Shown here piece after piece: positions 61,101 to 64,000 of a stretch of DNA of 64,000 bases. Under the pieces are notes generated by a model. It saw nothing but the letters and a program-made list of their open reading frames with translations, was not told the origin of the DNA and did not search any database. The translations under genes were made by a program, and so were the position numbers. Origin of the DNA: Phallusia mammillata (taxonomy: Eukaryota); NCBI GenBank assembly GCA_965637545.1, contig OZ281496.1:27032001-27096000 (forward strand), given 5' to 3'. Each line of letters opens with the position of its first letter. The stretch's first letter is position 1.

Positions 61101-61582
61101 CATTTGGTTTGTTAGGGTCCGCCCAATTGTCCCCACACACGCCACATTTTCCGCCATTGGCTTTTTGAACCTTAAATTACGGCGAAAAAAACTTTAAGAG
61201 CAAGGAGGTTGCCAAAATTGTGCATTTCAACGAAATAACACAAACATACAAAAACTGTTTTTGATTGGAAGCGGTATTCGCTTTGTAAAAAAGACATAAA
61301 CTTTAACGAGTAAGTTTACTCTTACTGAAAATCCACCACAGTAAAGTGCATTGTCGTTGTAGTTTGGCAGTATGTTTTCGGCGAAAGGAATTATCATGGG
61401 ATCTTTGTCTTTCAGTCGCCACAAGCTTGATCTTCCTGCAGGCTCCAGAAGTCTTCCATGGGCGTTAACCCCGACAATATGAGCTAGAATATTACAAATA
61501 GTTACGACCAATTGTAAATGCCATTGTTCTGTCGGCTACACTTACCCACTACAATGCAAAATAAAAAGCAGACGTTTGTCAT
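58133..61582 (-). CDS. AA15-type LPMO 3 with linker and CBM14-like domain
   Basis: Exon 1 61582-61546 MTNVCFLFCIVV, then AHIVGVNA-HGRLLEPAGRSSLWR. Also GKCGVCGDNW, ITAEHKGYFEFRLC, CETQCVLQWRYHTG, GPQEEFYACSD, Thr-rich linker, and a Cys-rich last exon ending CGVNH*. Confidence 0.9.
59351..59888. mobile_element. Non-autonomous hAT element in an LPMO3 intron
   Basis: TIRs CAGTGGTTCTCAAAC / TTTAAGAACCACTG. Perfect TSD CTGTAGGG. Subterminal CGCGACCC repeats. Confidence 0.92.
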
Positions 61583-62029
61583 GTCTCTACTTCCTGGACA
61601 ACAGCAAAGTAAAGCTCTATGGCCCCACTCGAATAACTTATACCAACTGACTTCCTAAAGAGGAAAAAAATATCAGCTTTTCGCAGAGATCTGAGCTGAA
61701 TCACCTACAACGGTTGCACCACGTGTTAGGAGGTAAACAATGGGTTCAACCACTTTGCTTAACTCCGTTCCTTCCAGTGTGACTTGCTACGCCAAATGCA
61801 TGTCATGGTATGTTTTACGTCTTTGACGCGTTTCAACTGGTTGTTAACTTGTCAAAATGATTTAAGTCTTTGCGTTGTCGCATTTGTCATGGTATTACGT
61901 GTTCAGAGTGTGCAATACATAGTTTTCTGGAGAATGTCGTTGACAAGACAGATGGAAAGAACTTCCTTCTTCAAGTGATCAAATGGTACATTCGCAGTTT
62001 TGAAAAGTGAGTGTCCGCACGTTTAGCTT

Positions 62030-62254
62030 GATGTGAACCCGGCGTTTCTTAATTAATCATACCGGGTTAGTCCTATACAGTGCAAAAAGAGCAATGCATC
62101 CAGGGTTTAAGTTAAGTCACCTGTCATGAGGGCGAATCGCGATGTAAACCCGGCGTTTCTTAATTAATCATACCGGGTTAATTCTATACAGTACAAAAAG
62201 AGCAATGCATTCAGGGGTTAAGTTAGGTCACCTGTTATGAGGGCGAATCGCGAT
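62030..62254. repeat. Two-copy 111-bp tandem duplication
   Basis: Units start at 62030 and 62141 with high identity. Each contains the stem AACCCGG...CCGGGTT. Confidence 0.9.
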
Positions 62255-62844
62255 TTATTAAAATCGCTTGTGGATTACTGTGGTTAGTTAGGTTATTACA
62301 ATAAAGGTGTTTTTACGGAAATTGTGACCTTTAGGCCTATGACCACAACATGGAGTTGCTAAACGCTGGGTGCATGGGTTTTTGGGTTTTTTGGAGTGTA
62401 TCTCATATTCGTGCTTACAATGGCCATCGAACGTGATATTTCGCACAAAGGTTGAGCGGAAAGAACAATTTATCTTGACGTTGAAGTTGTCAGTCCTAGT
62501 TAGACCGAAAATTTGGCCTCGATCGCGGTTTGTGTAGGCCTACTTGGCACAACTATGTTGGAAACAAAATGTATGTGTTCATGGGGCTTCTCGCGAGAAA
62601 GCAAGGTCCTGGACGGAAAACAAACATTTTATCGCGCCCTTTTAACGGCCTTGACGTAGTTAAATTCTCTTTTGTATGAAAATAGTGAACTATTTTTTTC
62701 AAAATTCTATACCCGGCAATCGCCAGCAACACATTTAAAAACAGCAATAAACAATTGATGTCTAATCGCCATAATAGCACCCAGTCAACTTAAAGGCATT
62801 ATACCGAATTAAGTCACTTACGTTCAACACTTATGTTTTTCTCA

Positions 62845-63021
62845 ACTTGAGGGGTTCGTTACGGGGCCGCAGAAAACTTTCTGAAAGTTTACATTAAATC
62901 AAAGTTGTAATAATCGTAATTAGATTTCAGTGCTGAACATTTGTGGTTTTAAAGGCCGGTCTGTGACAACAATTTCAGTTTCAAACCGGTCCACAGTGCA
63001 AAAAAGGTTTCCGACCCCTGC
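62845..63021. mobile_element. Degenerate copy of the 8654-8880 MITE family
   Basis: Right end TTCAGTTTCAAACCGGTCCACAGTGCAAAAAAGGTTTCCGACCCCTG matches the right end of 8654-8880. The left end is eroded. Confidence 0.6.
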
Positions 63022-63307
63022 ATTACGCTATGTACATGACATCAAAGGTACTTGCAATTTTTCTGACGGTTTATTTTCTTGCGATTACAAAGTACGTAAA
63101 ACAGCGTTTTTTTAAATACAGCACAAAACATAACCGTGTAAGCGCAGTCATAAAAAGATGTATCAGTTTCTTGTCTATAGAAGGTTACAAAAAGAGACAG
63201 GTGACGAAGGTTCACGAAAGGGCTGGAAGTCATAGTACTGGATCTTGTTGTTGTGGTAGTCGGAGCTGGGGTATAGTCGTGGTTGTATCTGCGCCGTCGG
63301 TAGCTTC

Positions 63308-63886
63308 TTACTCGTCGCCATCAACGATCATGATGTCAGAACAAGCGTAAAACTCCTCCTGTGGTCCCAGACCAAGTCCACTGACGCCATTTTCATCTGT
63401 TCCCCACGAATTGCCTACATTGTAATAGACATATTCGAACTCTTTAAATCTTTTATATGTCCTGAAAGAGTAAATTGGGCCTATGGCTTATACGGCCCTT
63501 AAGCTATACACCTGGAATTAAATCCTACAGCATATTTTGACGAAATTAGGGTTAGTCGAGACCATAGGTTCTCAATTAGAGTTAGATATACCTTCACGGG
63601 GTACATTTTTGGGGTACAGTCGCAATCTAAACTTTATCTTTGAAATGTGTCATAGGAAAATAGTTTAAAAAATATGCGCTGTAAAGAAAACCTGTTTTGT
63701 CAGGACTCGCATTGTTAAATAATCGCTATTTGATATTTACCTGTATGATACTTCCACTGCAACACGCACTGTTTCTCGCATACCACATCATCAGGTAGTT
63801 TAAGTTTTAGGTCGTGAAAACCGACCGGTTCCGGCGTAGAAGACAAATACCACTTTGTATCACCGTCCTCAAACCGCAACAAAAAG
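63308..63886 (-). CDS. AA15-type LPMO 4 (partial; 5' exons beyond the window), ending at a premature TAA directly after the catalytic domain
   Basis: Intact exons 63886-63741 (FLLRFEDG...CEKQCVLQWKYHT) and 63414-63308 (GNSWGTDENGVSGLGLGPQEEFYACSDIMIVDGDE*). Close paralog of LPMO3. It could be a pseudogene. Confidence 0.75.
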
Positions 63887-64000
63887 CTGAAAACATGTGA
63901 TCTTAAGTCACAACAATTCAGGAGGGGGTAAAGCTTTGTCTTTGTCTAGTTTCTCAAGCACGTTTTGAGTTTTGTTCATGCATGAGGGTTTTGGGGCACC

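Noticed and set aside
62041-62070. Hammerhead-like reading of the 111-bp repeat hairpin (minus strand UAUGA...GAAAC)
   Set aside because: The CUGANGA core is absent and three-way junction stems cannot be formed.

Overview
AT-rich, intron-containing animal genomic DNA, most likely an ascidian tunicate (inferred from the Ciona-like posterior Hox homeodomain and compact introns). The ORF track is mostly uninformative because the genes are spliced, so the exons were assembled by hand. Gene order: Hox13 (+, 3 exons), SCYL1 (+), two stand-alone cystatin-like genes (-), cathepsin F with an N-terminal cystatin domain (-), sortilin (+, head-to-head with cathepsin F), then a tandem array of at least four AA15-type lytic polysaccharide monooxygenase (LPMO) genes. 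Three LPMO copies carry Thr-rich linkers and CBM14-like tails; the fourth is truncated by a nonsense change and runs off the right edge. Introns and intergenic DNA hold many hAT-type MITEs with 8-bp target site duplications, one of them nested in a copy of itself. Most notable: (1) a canonical type I hammerhead ribozyme in a ~370-bp retrozyme/Penelope-like insertion (284-nt monomer, 5' inversion, 12-bp TSD) inside the LPMO array; (2) the LPMO array itself, with a shared loop insertion and a 7-8 Cys CBM14 variant; (3) two cystatins whose four exons match cathepsin F exons 1-4 in sequence and intron phase. No CRISPR arrays, rRNA or intact tRNA genes were seen.
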